A stretch of 64,000 nt of DNA from the human T2T-CHM13v2.0 reference genome, Homo sapiens: assembly GCF_009914755.1 (NCBI RefSeq), contig NC_060926.1; one strand, given 5' to 3'. How positions within the stretch are numbered: the first letter of the stretch is position 1; each line of letters starts with the position of its first letter. The notes beneath the pieces were generated by a model. It had not been told where the DNA came from. It searched no databases and saw nothing but the letters and a program-made list of their open reading frames with translations. The translations under genes were made by a program, and so were the position numbers. Shown in pieces: positions 13,738 through 25,758 of this stretch.

Positions 13738-14874
13738 CTAAGAGAGAAAAGTAGGAATTAAAACACTCTCCTCTCTTTACACTATAGTGCTCCAGGCCCT
13801 AATCAGAGGGTGAGGTGATGAGCTCTTTTAGGCCACTCCACACCTGAGTCAGATCATAACATCACTGCTCTAGAGACCCCTTTGCCACTTGGGTCCCTAT
13901 TCTACTGGCCCCATTCTCCCATGTCACGCTGTCCCTTCTCTAACCCCCTCCCTCTCATTTGCTCTACTCTAGCAACAACAGTCTCTTTTCTGTTGCTAGA
14001 GCGCTTTGGGTTCAGGCACATCCCCTCCTCAGGGTCCTTGCAACTGGTGGTCCTATACCTCCAGATAGCGATGTGTCCCATTCTCTCACCACCTCCAACT
14101 CTCAGCTCAACTGTCACTTTATCAAAGAACCTCTTTTCTTATTACCCTACTTAAATATTGCCCCACTTGGCATTCCCTGCTTTATTTCTATCCATAGCAT
14201 AGAAATAAATATTTACTAAAATATTATTTATTAATAAATATTAAAAAATTTACTAATAGAAATAAGTGATGTACTAATTGCCAATATATGAAATAATTTA
14301 CTTATTGATCGTATCATCTGAATTCCTCACACTCCATCAGAATATAAACTCTAAGAGGCCAGAGATTTTCATATTATCAGTTCACTGCTGTGTCACCACT
14401 GCCTGGGACAGTGCTTGGATATCATAAGGCATAATGCACCTAATACATAAATGTCTGAATGAGTATAATAATTAAGAGTATAACTATTAATAGCATAACA
14501 TTTTCTTATATTTTGTAAGTCACAGGAGGATTAGATATAAAATAAATGGAGGTAGTTGAAAACTTCCTAATAGCATATACATCTTGCACAGTATTTTTAA
14601 ATCATATGTTCTGTTAGGTGGTGCAGGGATCTTTAGCGAGCATTTTTGTTCTCCAAAAGATGTAAAGGCACCGTTGACCTGTGCAAATTACAGTCCCTGC
14701 ACTGCCACTTGAGGAGTACTAATCAGAATGTGAACCCATGACTTCATATTCGTTTTATTTGCTTTTGATAAAGCAGAAAATTGAATTTTTGGCTTTCTAG
14801 GTTGAAATGTTAGGAGAACTAAAAGGCTGATTCTCCATCAGTAACCTTAAGATGTCAATCATTTTTTACCTAGC

Positions 14875-15070
14875 ACATTGGTTCTGAATGTGCAGTCCTC
14901 AGACCAGCAACATCAGCGTCACCTGGGAATTTGATAAAAATATAATACATTCTGCACTCCCATCCCAGACCTACAGGATCAGACACTCTTGGGGTGGGGC
15001 CAGAACTCTGGGTTTTAGTCAAGACCTCCAGGATTTCGATGCTCACTCAAATATGAGAAGCAGTAAGCTA
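14875..15070. mobile_element. MER5-type hAT DNA transposon relic
   Basis: tggttctg...cagaccagcaacatcagcgtcacctggg...gatgctcactcaaatatgagaagc resembles MER5A. Confidence 0.65.
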
Positions 15071-15179
15071 GTATACTAATGAATTTTAGCAATGAATAAA
15101 GTTGGAGAGACTCTGCTCCTATTTCATATAAAACTTAATTTATGGTGCCATAATGAGATATATTTTCTCCCATTCCTAC

Positions 15180-15340
15180 CTTCTTCTTGGTAAGCGTGAG
15201 GTGATACCCATCGCCAAAGGCTTCCTTGAGGTAAAATGGGGACCCACAGCACCTAAGCCCACCCTGCTCCAGGAAGGCGATGCGGTCACTCAGCACTTCA
15301 GCCTCGTCCAAGTGGTGCGTTGACAGAATGATTGTTCTGG
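15180..15340 (-). CDS. ABCA12: ABCA12 exon 31 (161 bp): (A)[22 protein letters not shown]...LTKKK; NBD1 H-loop
   Basis: ttcaag|CCAGAA ... GAAG|gtagga; phase 1-0. Confidence 0.97.
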
Positions 15341-15513
15341 CTTGAAAATACAGACAAGAACAACAGGGAATGAAACGTGAAAGTACAGTTCCCAAGACAC
15401 ACAGAGTTGGCCAGAGTAAATCCTGTGACATCTGAGAAGAGTCACATTTCATGAGCTAACTGAAAAACTGACTGACCTCAAAGAGCTTCCAAAATGATGC
15501 AAGAAAAATTCAG

Positions 15514-15815
15514 GGCCAGGCTCACTGGTTCACGCCTGTAATCCCAGCACTTTAGGAGGTTGAGGCGGGCAGATCACTTGAGGTCAGGAGTTCGAAACCA
15601 GCCTGGCCAACATGGTGAAACCCCATCTACAATTAGCTGGGTGTGGTGGCGGATGCCTATAATCCCAGCTACTTGGGAGGCTGAGGCAGGAGACTCTCTT
15701 GAACCCGGGAGGTGGAGGGTGTAGTGAGCCAAGATTTATGCCACTGCACTCCAGCCTGGGTGACAGACGAGAGTCCATCTCAAAGGGAAAAAAAAAAAAA
15801 AGAAAGGAAAAAAAG
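15514..15815 (+). mobile_element. Alu (AluS-like), central A-rich linker deleted
   Basis: Sense Alu; TSD aagaaaaattcag (15501) / aagaaaaactcag (15816). Confidence 0.93.
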
Positions 15816-16458
15816 AAGAAAAACTCAGAAGGGTGTTCTTAAATATTTGGACGCATTTTTTTTCATATAAATTAACAGCAAATAATCCTTTATTATGCTG
15901 AGTGACTAAATGTTCACCATTTGTCATGTGGGCATTGGCAATTCTTCACAGTCTATTAGAATTTTGCTCCCATGGGTTCATTTTGCATTGTTTTTCTCTC
16001 TCTCTTCCCCTTTCTTCATTATGAAAAAGCAATAATTTAAGACTTTTTGAATATTCCTCTCTGATTATTCCACTCCACTCTGATTACTCCGTTGCTTCAC
16101 ATCCTGTCAGCACTTACTTAGTCTGTTTTCAGTTTATTTTCATTTGTGTATGTTTGATATCTCTAATTAGATTCTTAGCTCCTCTAAGCATTAAACTTTG
16201 AAACTTCTGTTGGATTTGCATGCTCTCAAAAAGGCCAGTTAAGTGCTCAACTCACAGCGGGCAGTACATAGATATTAACCAATTGACCCAGAAAGTTGTC
16301 TGGGAGAAAAATCTTCAAAATCTTCAGAAAAGAAAGAGCCAATCTTAGACTTTTAAAAGATATCATATTCGATAAATATGTACAAGCATGATGTATCTAT
16401 ACAAATAAATTTTAAAATTTTTAAAAAGATATCATAAACAGAAAAGTCGTCAAGCTGG

Positions 16459-16635
16459 TTTTTTTTTTTTTTTTTTTTTGAGACAGTATCTCACTCTGTC
16501 ATCCAGGCTGGAGTGCAGTGACTTGATCATAACTTACTGCACCCCTGCACCCTTGACCTCTTGGGTTCAAGTGATTCTCCAGCCTCAGCCTCCTGACTAG
16601 CTAGGACTACACATGCCAGCCACCACAGTCAGCTG

Positions 16636-16685
<50 letters not shown>

Positions 16686-16809
16686 TTATTATTATTGACA
16701 GCGTCTCACTATGTTACCCAGGCTGGTCTCAAACTCCCAGGCTCAAGCAATCCTCCTGTCTTGGCCTCCCAAAGTGCTGGGATTATAGGCGTGAGCCACT
16801 GCACCCAGC
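16459..16809 (-). mobile_element. Alu (AluJ-like) with central (TTA)n
   Basis: Antisense Alu; poly(T) end at 16459-16479. Confidence 0.92.
16639..16696. repeat. (TTA)n microsatellite in the Alu linker
   Basis: About 15 near-perfect TTA units; source of the poly-Tyr ORF. Confidence 0.95.
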
Positions 16810-16885
16810 CTCAGTTTGCTTTTGTATATGCCAGAGGGCAGAAGTATGACTGTTGGGTGGAGAAGTTCTGAGAAACTACTCATAC

Positions 16886-17082
16886 CAGTTTTGTTCTTGG
16901 ATATAACATCCCATATACTTCGGCGAGAACATGGGTCAACTCCAGTAGATGGTTCATCCAAAATTACTACCCTTGATCCACCAATGAGAGCTATGGATAT
17001 AGATAACTTCCTCTTCATGCCTCCTGACAGTGTTCCAACTCTCTTATGACGATGGCTATATAGTCCAGTATCTTTTAAAGTC
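16886..17082 (-). CDS. ABCA12: ABCA12 exon 30 (197 bp): (R)TLKDTG...LSGGMKRKL...[13 protein letters not shown]...KNKT(A); ABC signature and Walker B
   Basis: ttgaag|GACTTT ... ACTG|gtatga; phase 2-1. Confidence 0.97.
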
Positions 17083-17369
17083 CTTCAAAAATAATGTATG
17101 ATGGTTATTTTTTTACAGATATACTATTTGAGTACTGGAAACATACAATAAACCTAATTGATATGTATTCACTAGGTAACTATTATGTGCTCAGTAAGGT
17201 ACAATAAACTCTTGAGGATTCATAATATAGTTTTCTATTATTTATCACCTGGATACAAAATTAATACTCAAAAAATTAACTTTTTACAAAGTACAAAATT
17301 AATGTACTTTACAAAGTACAAAATTAATACTCAGAAAAAAACACAAAGGAATATATAATTCATTCCTTT

Positions 17370-18110
17370 GACAAATATCTAGAGAGTTCCTACCTATTTT
17401 GTGCCAGGCTGTGTTTTATGTACTTGGGAAAAGCAGTGAACACATAAAATTTCTATTCATAAGGAGATTATGTTCTAGTAAGTGTGTGTATTGGGAGGGA
17501 TATAGGGAAATCCAGTCAATAAATATATTCTCAAGTAAGTTTTGGTGGTGATAAGTGCAATTAAAAAAAATAAAGCAGTGAATATAAGATAAGGAGTGGC
17601 TGGGACATGCTATTATAGGCATCAATTTTATATATGGTAGTCATCTCAGAAAAGGTGACATTTTGGCACAGACCAGGAAAGCGGTCATTTGACCAAGATT
17701 AAGACAAATGGCCATCTGGGGGGGTAGGTGCTGTAAGTAGAGAGAAGAGAAAGTAAAAAGCCCTGAGGCTGGAGCAGGCCTAGGACAGTCACGTGTGTAG
17801 CTAGGCCAGTGTGCCTTGAGCAGAGTGAATGTGGAGGTGAGTGGAAGGACATGAAATCAGAAGTGAGAATGGAGGCAAATCACTTAGGACCTCCTAAGTC
17901 TTGATAAGGATGTTATTGAGTATTATACTGAGCATGGAAGGAAGCCACTGGACGATTTAAATCCAGGAGTGACATAGTCTGATTTGCAGTTGAAAAAGAT
18001 CACCCTGGCTGCTCTTTGAAGAACAGATTTCACAAGAGATGAGTGAAATCCAAGAATCCACTTAGGAGGCTTGGACCAGGGTAGTAGCCATGGAGATCAG
18101 AAGCAAAGGA
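17370..18110. mobile_element. LINE-2-like relic
   Basis: L2-like text (gtgccaggctgtg...ggtgacattttgg...ggagtgacatagtctgatttgc...gatcaccctggctgc); boundaries approximate. Confidence 0.55.
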
Positions 18111-18345
18111 TTCGGGGCAATATGGGAGCCACAGATGAAGAGAGTTAAACAATTTCAGTGTAATAACTGGCCGGTAAGGATAATGACCTTAAATGTTTGC
18201 AATATTAAATAAGTAGAAAAACTAAAAAGTAATTATTTCGTGAGAAAATATTTCCTATTGGTATCATTACCAGAACTTTACCAACCAAGCTATGGGTCTT
18301 TGAGAGGAGTTAGCAACTTAGGTTCTCATTCCTGTCTTAACTTGC

Positions 18346-18564
18346 CTTTTTACTTCCTCGTGGAGCTGCTTTTTAGTCCAGTGAGGAACTTTGATGGAAC
18401 CATATAGGAGAAGGTGCTCCTTAGTAGTGAGGTAACTGAACAAGACGTCGTGCTGCATACAGACTCCCATGTTCTTCCGTACCGTGTGTAGGTCTGTTTT
18501 GATATCTTTTCCATATACAAAAATGGTGCCTGCTGAGGCCCCAAACAGCCCAGTTAACATGGAA
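18346..18564 (-). CDS. ABCA12: ABCA12 exon 29 (219 bp): (I)SMLTGLFGASAG...GVCMQHDVLF...EEVK(R); Q-loop; GC donor
   Basis: ccag|TTCCAT ... AAAG|gcaagt; phase 2-2; this junction keeps frame with exon 30. Confidence 0.95.
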
Positions 18565-18767
18565 CTGGAAATGAAGAAATGATAAATTAGGTATAAGCCA
18601 AGCATTGAAGCTAGATATTAGGAATAACTATATCTCAGTTGTTAGAAGGAAAAAATACAGTGTATCTTCTCAGTCAAGGGCAAACTATGAAATAAAATGG
18701 TATTTAATGGGAATAAGAAATATTACTTTTAAGTTTTTAATAATTCAGAGTATTACATAAATGCTAA

Positions 18768-19098
<331 letters not shown>

Positions 19099-19957
19099 AT
19101 GATTGGGCTTTTAAATTCCAAGTACGTTCTCCCTCCTTGAGCATACCCATGCACTTTCCTGACATCCCTTAGCATCTACAGGTTGGCATGTCTCAAATTT
19201 ACATCTGTAGCCCAGACTTCATTATTCAGCTCCAGGATTGCTCTATATATCTATCAGACAATACCACTTCTCTGTGAGATTTCTTACAGGGTCCTTCAAC
19301 TCAGTATGTTTAAAACCGAGCTCATGATCTTTACCCTAAAAGCCACACCCTCATTGATTTTGCCTCTTTCCCCATGTGATAAATTCATATACTGGTTGCA
19401 CGAGACTGGAATCTGTAAGTCATTTTTGCACTCTCCTCCTATCTTAATCTCCTAACTACATGCCCATCTCACCGTTTTCACAGCTATCCTCATGGGACCA
19501 TCACCATCACCACCTGCCTCACCCATCACTCTAAGCTCCTAACTCTACTTCCCGCATGCTCTTTGGTCATCTCTAGTCCTTTTCTCTATACTGTGATTAG
19601 AATATTCTCACCTGGATAATTCCTCATCATCTTTCAGATAGTTAGTAAACTGGGCAATTATTTAATACCCATCTCCTCCACTATAATGTAAGCTCCATGA
19701 GGTCAAGGAAAGGTCCTGTTTTCTAAGCACTTTGTCTCAGTAACCTACTCAGTGCCTTGCAGTGCAGACTTCTGGATTAAATTATGAACAAAGGAATATG
19801 CAGTTTTCCCATATGAACACTGAAATACAAATAACATACTTTATATTAAAGGTTTCTATTTAGAACAATAAAATGGGGGCATTCTCAGCTAAAATTATAG
19901 CCTCTTCAAGAGCCTTCTCTGTTCCTTTTCTTCATTAGCCTCTTATTGCCTATTAGA

Positions 19958-20273
19958 AACATGAATGGAGCTGGAGGCCATTATCTTTAGCAAATTAACA
20001 CAGGAACAGAAAACCAAATACAAATATGTTCTCACTTATAAGTGGGAACTAAATGATGAGAATACACGGACACAGAGAAGGTAACACCACACAGTGGGGC
20101 TTTCGGAGGGTGGAGGGTGGGAGGAAGGAGAGGATCAGGAAAAATAAGTAATGGGCACTAGGCTTAATACCTGAGTGATGAAATAATCTGTAAAACAAAC
20201 CCTCATGATGAATTTACCTGTGTAACAAACCTGCACTTGTGCCCCTGAACTTAAAATAAAAGTTAAAAAAAAA
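19958..20273 (+). mobile_element. LINE-1 3' end fragment (older L1PA-type)
   Basis: gaatggagctggaggccattatc...ggagaggatcaggaaaaataag...cccctgaacttaaaataaaagtt. Confidence 0.9.
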
Positions 20274-21244
20274 TCTGGCCTTTTTGGCATTGTATTCTCC
20301 CTGGAAAGCCAACTCTGACTTTAAACAGGCCATGCAAATAGCAGAGGCTGTATGCTCACTCATTTCATGACCTCGTTTGTCCCCTTTTATTTACAAAAAA
20401 AAATTAATTCCAGTGTTTTTGCAGTCACTGAGCTGATTCGTGATGATACTAAGTAAGATATGCAGCAACTGATCCTTTTTCTCAAACAAGGGCTCGAGCA
20501 CCAGCAGCATCTTAGAGCTGACTCAGCAACTAAGTGAATATGGAGCATTGGAGGCAAATCACATAAAAATAACTCAAAAGAATGTCACTTTAAAAACAGT
20601 TGAATCTCTTCTCCATTCTGACACAGGAAAATGCTACATAGGTGAGGAGTGAGAAAGAACAGCTTATGTTCTGCTCCTGGCCTTTTTGATTGCTGTCTGA
20701 TAGCTGGTGGTTCCTTTGTTTCTTTATGAGTCAAGGCAAAGGTTTCCCATGAAGGAGCAGCTGAGGCTAAGTGTGTTTATATCAGGATGCAAAATTTCAT
20801 ACTTATATATATGCCAGGTTAGAAATGCAAATAAATGAAACAGGGTGGGTGTATGAAGCAGTGCAGCTTGGTAGAGACCAGGGATGAGCCAGAAAACAGA
20901 TACTCCCTTTAAGAGATCAGTTACTAATGAGCCCCAATCAATAGTCTCTACCTAAGAATATGAACTCAATGTTGTAGAATTTCCTATTATCTAAGAGGTG
21001 CCAAGAATATTTATTTTTATTAGAAACTCCCTATTTTACAAAATTGGCACTGAATTAAAAATTTTTTAAAGTATTACAACCTTTGATTTTGACTCCATTC
21101 TATAGCATACAAGTTGAACCATCTTCCTCCATCTGGGAAATGTAATAACTTTATGTTTTATAAACATAGGTTAGTTTATTTTTTTTACACCTGTATTTTT
21201 TGTAACATGCTTCCATGGCAATAAGTGTCAAAAAGTTAACATAC

Positions 21245-21431
21245 ATGGTAGTAGTTTTCCCAGCTCCATTGGGCCCCAGCAATGAAGTAATATGCCCTTC
21301 ATAAAAGTTCAGATTGAGGTTATCAACAGCAACTTTTGAGCCATAGATCTTTGTGACCCCATGCAGGGCAACCCCGACTGTGAGATCTTTAGGTTCAGGC
21401 TCGATGTTAGAGGAAAACATGTATTCAGGAC
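21245..21431 (-). CDS. ABCA12: ABCA12 exon 28 (187 bp): (S)[10 protein letters not shown]...[12 protein letters not shown](I); Walker A
   Basis: ccag|GTCCTG ... CCAT|gtatgt; phase 1-2. Confidence 0.97.
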
Positions 21432-22099
21432 CTGGAGAGAAATCAAGGGAAGAGTTGTAAACTCACAAGTAAGGTAATGCAGCTAGAGTTAGACTTTATC
21501 TTTATTAAAAATTTAAGACTATAAAAATATAACCCTCTAAGTAAAATAAAAAATCCAGAAACAAATGATTTATTATAGTCTTCAGCCTCCTCACTTGGTT
21601 GCAGAATGAATAAGAGTGGAGAACCAAGGTTCATTTCACCCTTCTTTGTTGGAAAAAGCAGTCCCAGAATATGGTATTATAATTATAAATTCTCCTTTAT
21701 TCAACAGATATCAAATAGTCAAAAGATATGTCTAAGGCTTGGTCCTCTGGTTGGGCAGGATGATACCAAATTATAAAATAAATGCCTCCAAAGTTGTGAT
21801 TTTAGAGTGATAAGACTAGTTGAGATTGTGGTTTATAGAATCCAGTTCATTAATAACTATCTACACCTCCTTCAGGCATCACAAAAGGACCGCTTAGTGG
21901 CCCGTACTCACTTTATAATGACACGACTCACCTAGTATCAGGAAGACACAAGCTTTGAACTACTTTTCCAGTATTTGTGATGGGTTATGCTAAATTACTC
22001 AGACTTGTTACTTGGTTACCCCTTATGACTGGTGACAGATGGCTGGAGTTAGGGGTGTAGATTGTGGCCAAGGAACAAAATTTTTCTCTGTGTGAGTCT

Positions 22100-22171
22100 A
22101 ACTGGACCACAAAGGGATCTGCAATCTTGGCCTAATTAGCACCATATGCTAACCAACTGAGCTAATGAGCC
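22100..22171 (-). mobile_element. tRNA-Ile(AAT)-derived SINE head (MamSINE1-like); not a functional tRNA
   Basis: Minus strand GGCTCATTAGCTCAGTTGGTTAGCATATGGTGCTAATTAGGCCAAG resembles tRNA-Ile GGCCGGTTAGCTCAGTTGGTTAGAGCGTGGTGCTAATAACGCCAAG; GTTCG B-box lost. Confidence 0.75.
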
Positions 22172-22349
22172 CAGAAAAAGCCACAATTTAATCCCCATAA
22201 GAGTCCAAAGACGCATGTGTAGACATTTTCATCCATGACTAAAAGGATGATAATTTTGCCATTTAGAAAAAAATAATTGAAACTACTAGTCATGTAATTT
22301 CATATCATTTCTCTCATAACAAAGCACGCTGTTGACCGACTTGTCTTAC

Positions 22350-22496
22350 TGGCAGATGGGTTGGTGTTCTGCATCATGATGTTAGTAAACATGAGGCCAT
22401 TGCTCTTCTCAGGCTTCACCTCTGCACACCCAAATCGCTCCTTCCAATAGGAAGGAAGAATTGGAAAATACCAGGGAGCTGCCATACCGTATGTCC
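22350..22496 (-). CDS. ABCA12: ABCA12 exon 27 (147 bp): (G)TYGMAAPWYFPILPSYW...NPSA(S)
   Basis: ccag|GGACAT ... GCCA|gtaaga; phase 1-1. Confidence 0.96.
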
Positions 22497-22759
22497 CTGG
22501 AATAAAAATATATCAGGAACAGTGAGTTTTAGTTGACTGTTAACATTTATCATCAGAAACAAAACAGTAGATCCTATGTATGGTTTAGGAAGTAGTTTTA
22601 TTTTTTGACACTATATAAAACTAAAAGGTGGTCTCAGTTTCCATAGTAAAGCAAAAAACGATGCTTTTTTTCCTTGTTAGTTTTTAAGCAGCTTTATTTA
22701 CATTTACTAAAACTTATCTAACTGTACACTTATTGTAATGGAAAAAGCCACTATTTATC

Positions 22760-23009
22760 TATGAAATAAATGTCTACAAGTTGTGATTTTACAGTGATAA
22801 GACTAGTTCAGATCCAGATTCTGGGTTTCCAGCCCAGAAAAAGCCACAATTTAATCCCCACAAGGGTCCAAACAGACATGTGTAGACATATTCATCTATG
22901 ACCAAAAGGATAATTTTGCCACTTAGAAAAACATAATTAAAACTGTTAGTCATATAATTTCATATCATTTCTCTCATAACAATGCATGCTGTTGGCCTAC
23001 TTGTCTTAT
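22760..23009 (+). repeat. Local two-part duplication of 21772-21827 and 22169-22349
   Basis: Direct alignment, e.g. gcccagaaaaagccacaatttaatcccca and aatttcatatcatttctctcataacaa occur in both copies. Confidence 0.92.
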
Positions 23010-23014
23010 TATTG

Positions 23015-23210
23015 TAAGTGTACAGGTAGATAAGTCTTAGCTAATGTATAAAGTTGTGCAATTCAGTATTAGAACATTTCTATAACTCAAAAAATTTGTC
23101 TCATGCCCATTTGCAGATAATCCCTGCTCCCACCTCACATCCCAGGCAATCATTGATCTGCCTTCTGTCTCTATCTGTCTTTCACAGATCTTACATAAAT
23201 GAAATCATAT
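23015..23210 (-). mobile_element. L1M-type 3' end fragment
   Basis: aagtgtaca...gttgtgcaa...agaacatttc...cccaggcaatcattgatctgccttctgtctctat...ataaatgaaatcatat resembles an antisense L1M 3'UTR. Confidence 0.7.
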
Positions 23211-23586
23211 TCTTTTATTCATGTATAACACCAAAAAATGCATACATATAAGTAGGGCTAAATGGAAAACTAAGCATGTTAGAAAGGATGACTGCTTGAG
23301 ACCTAGAAGGGGGAACCCAACTTGTCTTCTTCCGTTAGAATCTGGTAAATTCTCCTTAGAATTAGGAGATTTGGTTTTTCCCTTATTATCTCTCACACTC
23401 CTATTTAGAGAGACTGGATTGATTTGACACTATTCTAAGCTTCTTAATTCACTCCATCTTTTAAAGGAATATCCGAGAGGAAATTTAGCAGTATATTATC
23501 TCATCCTGAAAATTTTTTGTTAGCTTTGGGATTTGAATACTTCTTTTTGGAGATTATATATGGCAAATAAGATTTTTTTTTAATTA

Positions 23587-23950
<364 letters not shown>

Positions 23951-24055
23951 TTAATTTAAAAATTTTTTGCAAATAAAATATTAGAACATATTATTAGTTG
24001 ATTTATATTGAAGTCAACCATAAAAAGCATGTATCTGTAGGAAGCACATTCATAC

Positions 24056-24190
24056 CTGGGAAGACATTCCTGACATACCAAGCAATAAGGAAATAAATGA
24101 AAGAGTCAGCTAGGATTAGACAGCACAGCCAGCCAAATGAGGTGGTGTCATCCTGAACCGGGGAGGTGTACATATTTTCCCACTGAAGAC
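24056..24190 (-). CDS. ABCA12: ABCA12 exon 26 (135 bp): (G)LQWENMY...AWYVRNVFP(G)
   Basis: ttag|GTCTTC ... CCAG|gtatga; phase 1-1. Confidence 0.96.
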
Positions 24191-24278
24191 CTAAAAAGTG
24201 AACACAAGTGTTTATTCTTCTGTGACACACAGCACAGTTGTGAAAGATAAAATCCAGTTTTAAAGAAAGGGGACCTAC

Positions 24279-24348
24279 CAATGCCCTGTTCTTCGTATCG
24301 TGCAATGTATTGGCTTGCATAGCTGAATGCTGTTGGGGACAGCAGGCT
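24279..24348 (-). CDS. ABCA12: ABCA12 exon 25 (70 bp): SLLSPTAFSYASQYIARYEEQGI(G)
   Basis: cacag|AGCCTG ... ATTG|gtaggt; phase 0-1; followed by an 88-bp intron. Confidence 0.96.
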
Positions 24349-25428
24349 CTGTGAAGAAAGGAAACGGCAATGATAGTTCTTGTAGATTTCATGTATTTCA
24401 CCCAGAGGTATCCTAAAATACTTAAAACTTTGGACATTTGTATAGATAAAATTGATGCTCATTCTCTAAGCATATTTAAAAATACAGCAGTCCCTTACCA
24501 ACCATGCTACAACTGTGAAGCAAGAGCAGAGAGAATAGCAGAAAACAAAAACAGGAAAATTACAACTTGAAAACCATTCCTTAAAAAATCAAAATATACA
24601 TTTGAACTCATTAAATGTTGCTCAGCAAGTAATAAAATAGTTAATTATGGAGTAATTCAGTATTAAGACTAAAATTTACCAAAAATGTTAAGGGCCAGAA
24701 GGCATTTTCACTCCATACATTTATTTCAGGTAATAGAAGTACTATGAATAAAAATATACTAAAATATCAGTTGATTGAATATTGATAATTGCAACAAATT
24801 AGAAATTTAAATATTGTTTAAACCCAAAGTTGTCAATGCTAGATAAAGTTATTCATTACTTTTTATTTCCATAAATAGCAAAGTTTTAATATGATGAAAT
24901 TAGCTTCTGCTTTCTAAATTTCAGTCAGTAATCTTAATGCTTTAATTAAAATTCTTAATTTAGTGCTTCTGAATTGACAAGGCAGGAGAGAATTTAAGGT
25001 TGCTTATATGCTGTTGGTGCATTTGTCTTTACACCTTTAAGCTATATTATATGTCATGAGAACCATGAAAATTGTTCACATATGAGAATAATTCCAATAC
25101 TAGAGGCTCCAAGACGTTTCAGGAATTGGTCCAGAGAGAAGTCAGAATTCTTGAAGACCTCTAAAACATGATGTATGACATTTTAACTGTTCTTTCTTTA
25201 GGAACTATTTCTTAACAGTATCACATATCATGGTTTTGTAAGCTCTTCATTGTCTTGTATGGTATACAGTGATGTAAGAAAAGCTATCATTAGGACATTA
25301 AGCTTACTTTGCTTTCACTGAATTTCAAATTAAGATAAGTGAACTTTCAGTCTGAGAATCCAAAAACAAACAAACAAACAAACAAAAATGGGTAATTTCC
25401 CACTCTGCCATTCCAACGGTTGACTTAC

Positions 25429-25758
25429 CATGAACACTTTCAATACATAGCTCAACTCATTCTCCACTGTAACCAGAACAATAAATGGAAAGAAGGCAAT
25501 GATGTAGATGAGGCTTCCGATCAGAGCTGCAATGTTGGTGTTGTTGAAGAAGACACTGATAAGATAGCTCATGGCAATAACCGAGAAGCTGTAGTCCGAA
25601 AAATACAGGAACAAAATGAACCCATTTGTTTTAGGAAGAATATTGCCAAACTTGAGTATAATGATGAGGATCACGATGGTAACCAGTAAAAATCCAACAC
25701 TCTCTATAAGCCAGGCAAAGAAATGGCTGCAGGAGTTCACACCCATCATCTTCATGTA
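25429..25758 (-). CDS. ABCA12: ABCA12 exon 24 (330 bp): YMKMMGVNSCSHFFAW...VLKVFM; TMD1 helices
   Basis: acag|TACATG ... CATG|gtaagt; phase 0-0. Confidence 0.97.

Noticed and set aside
16613-16849. Poly-tyrosine ORF
   Set aside because: Translation of the (TTA)n microsatellite within an Alu.
22100-22171. Functional tRNA-Ile gene
   Set aside because: T-arm/B-box deleted and stems mismatched.
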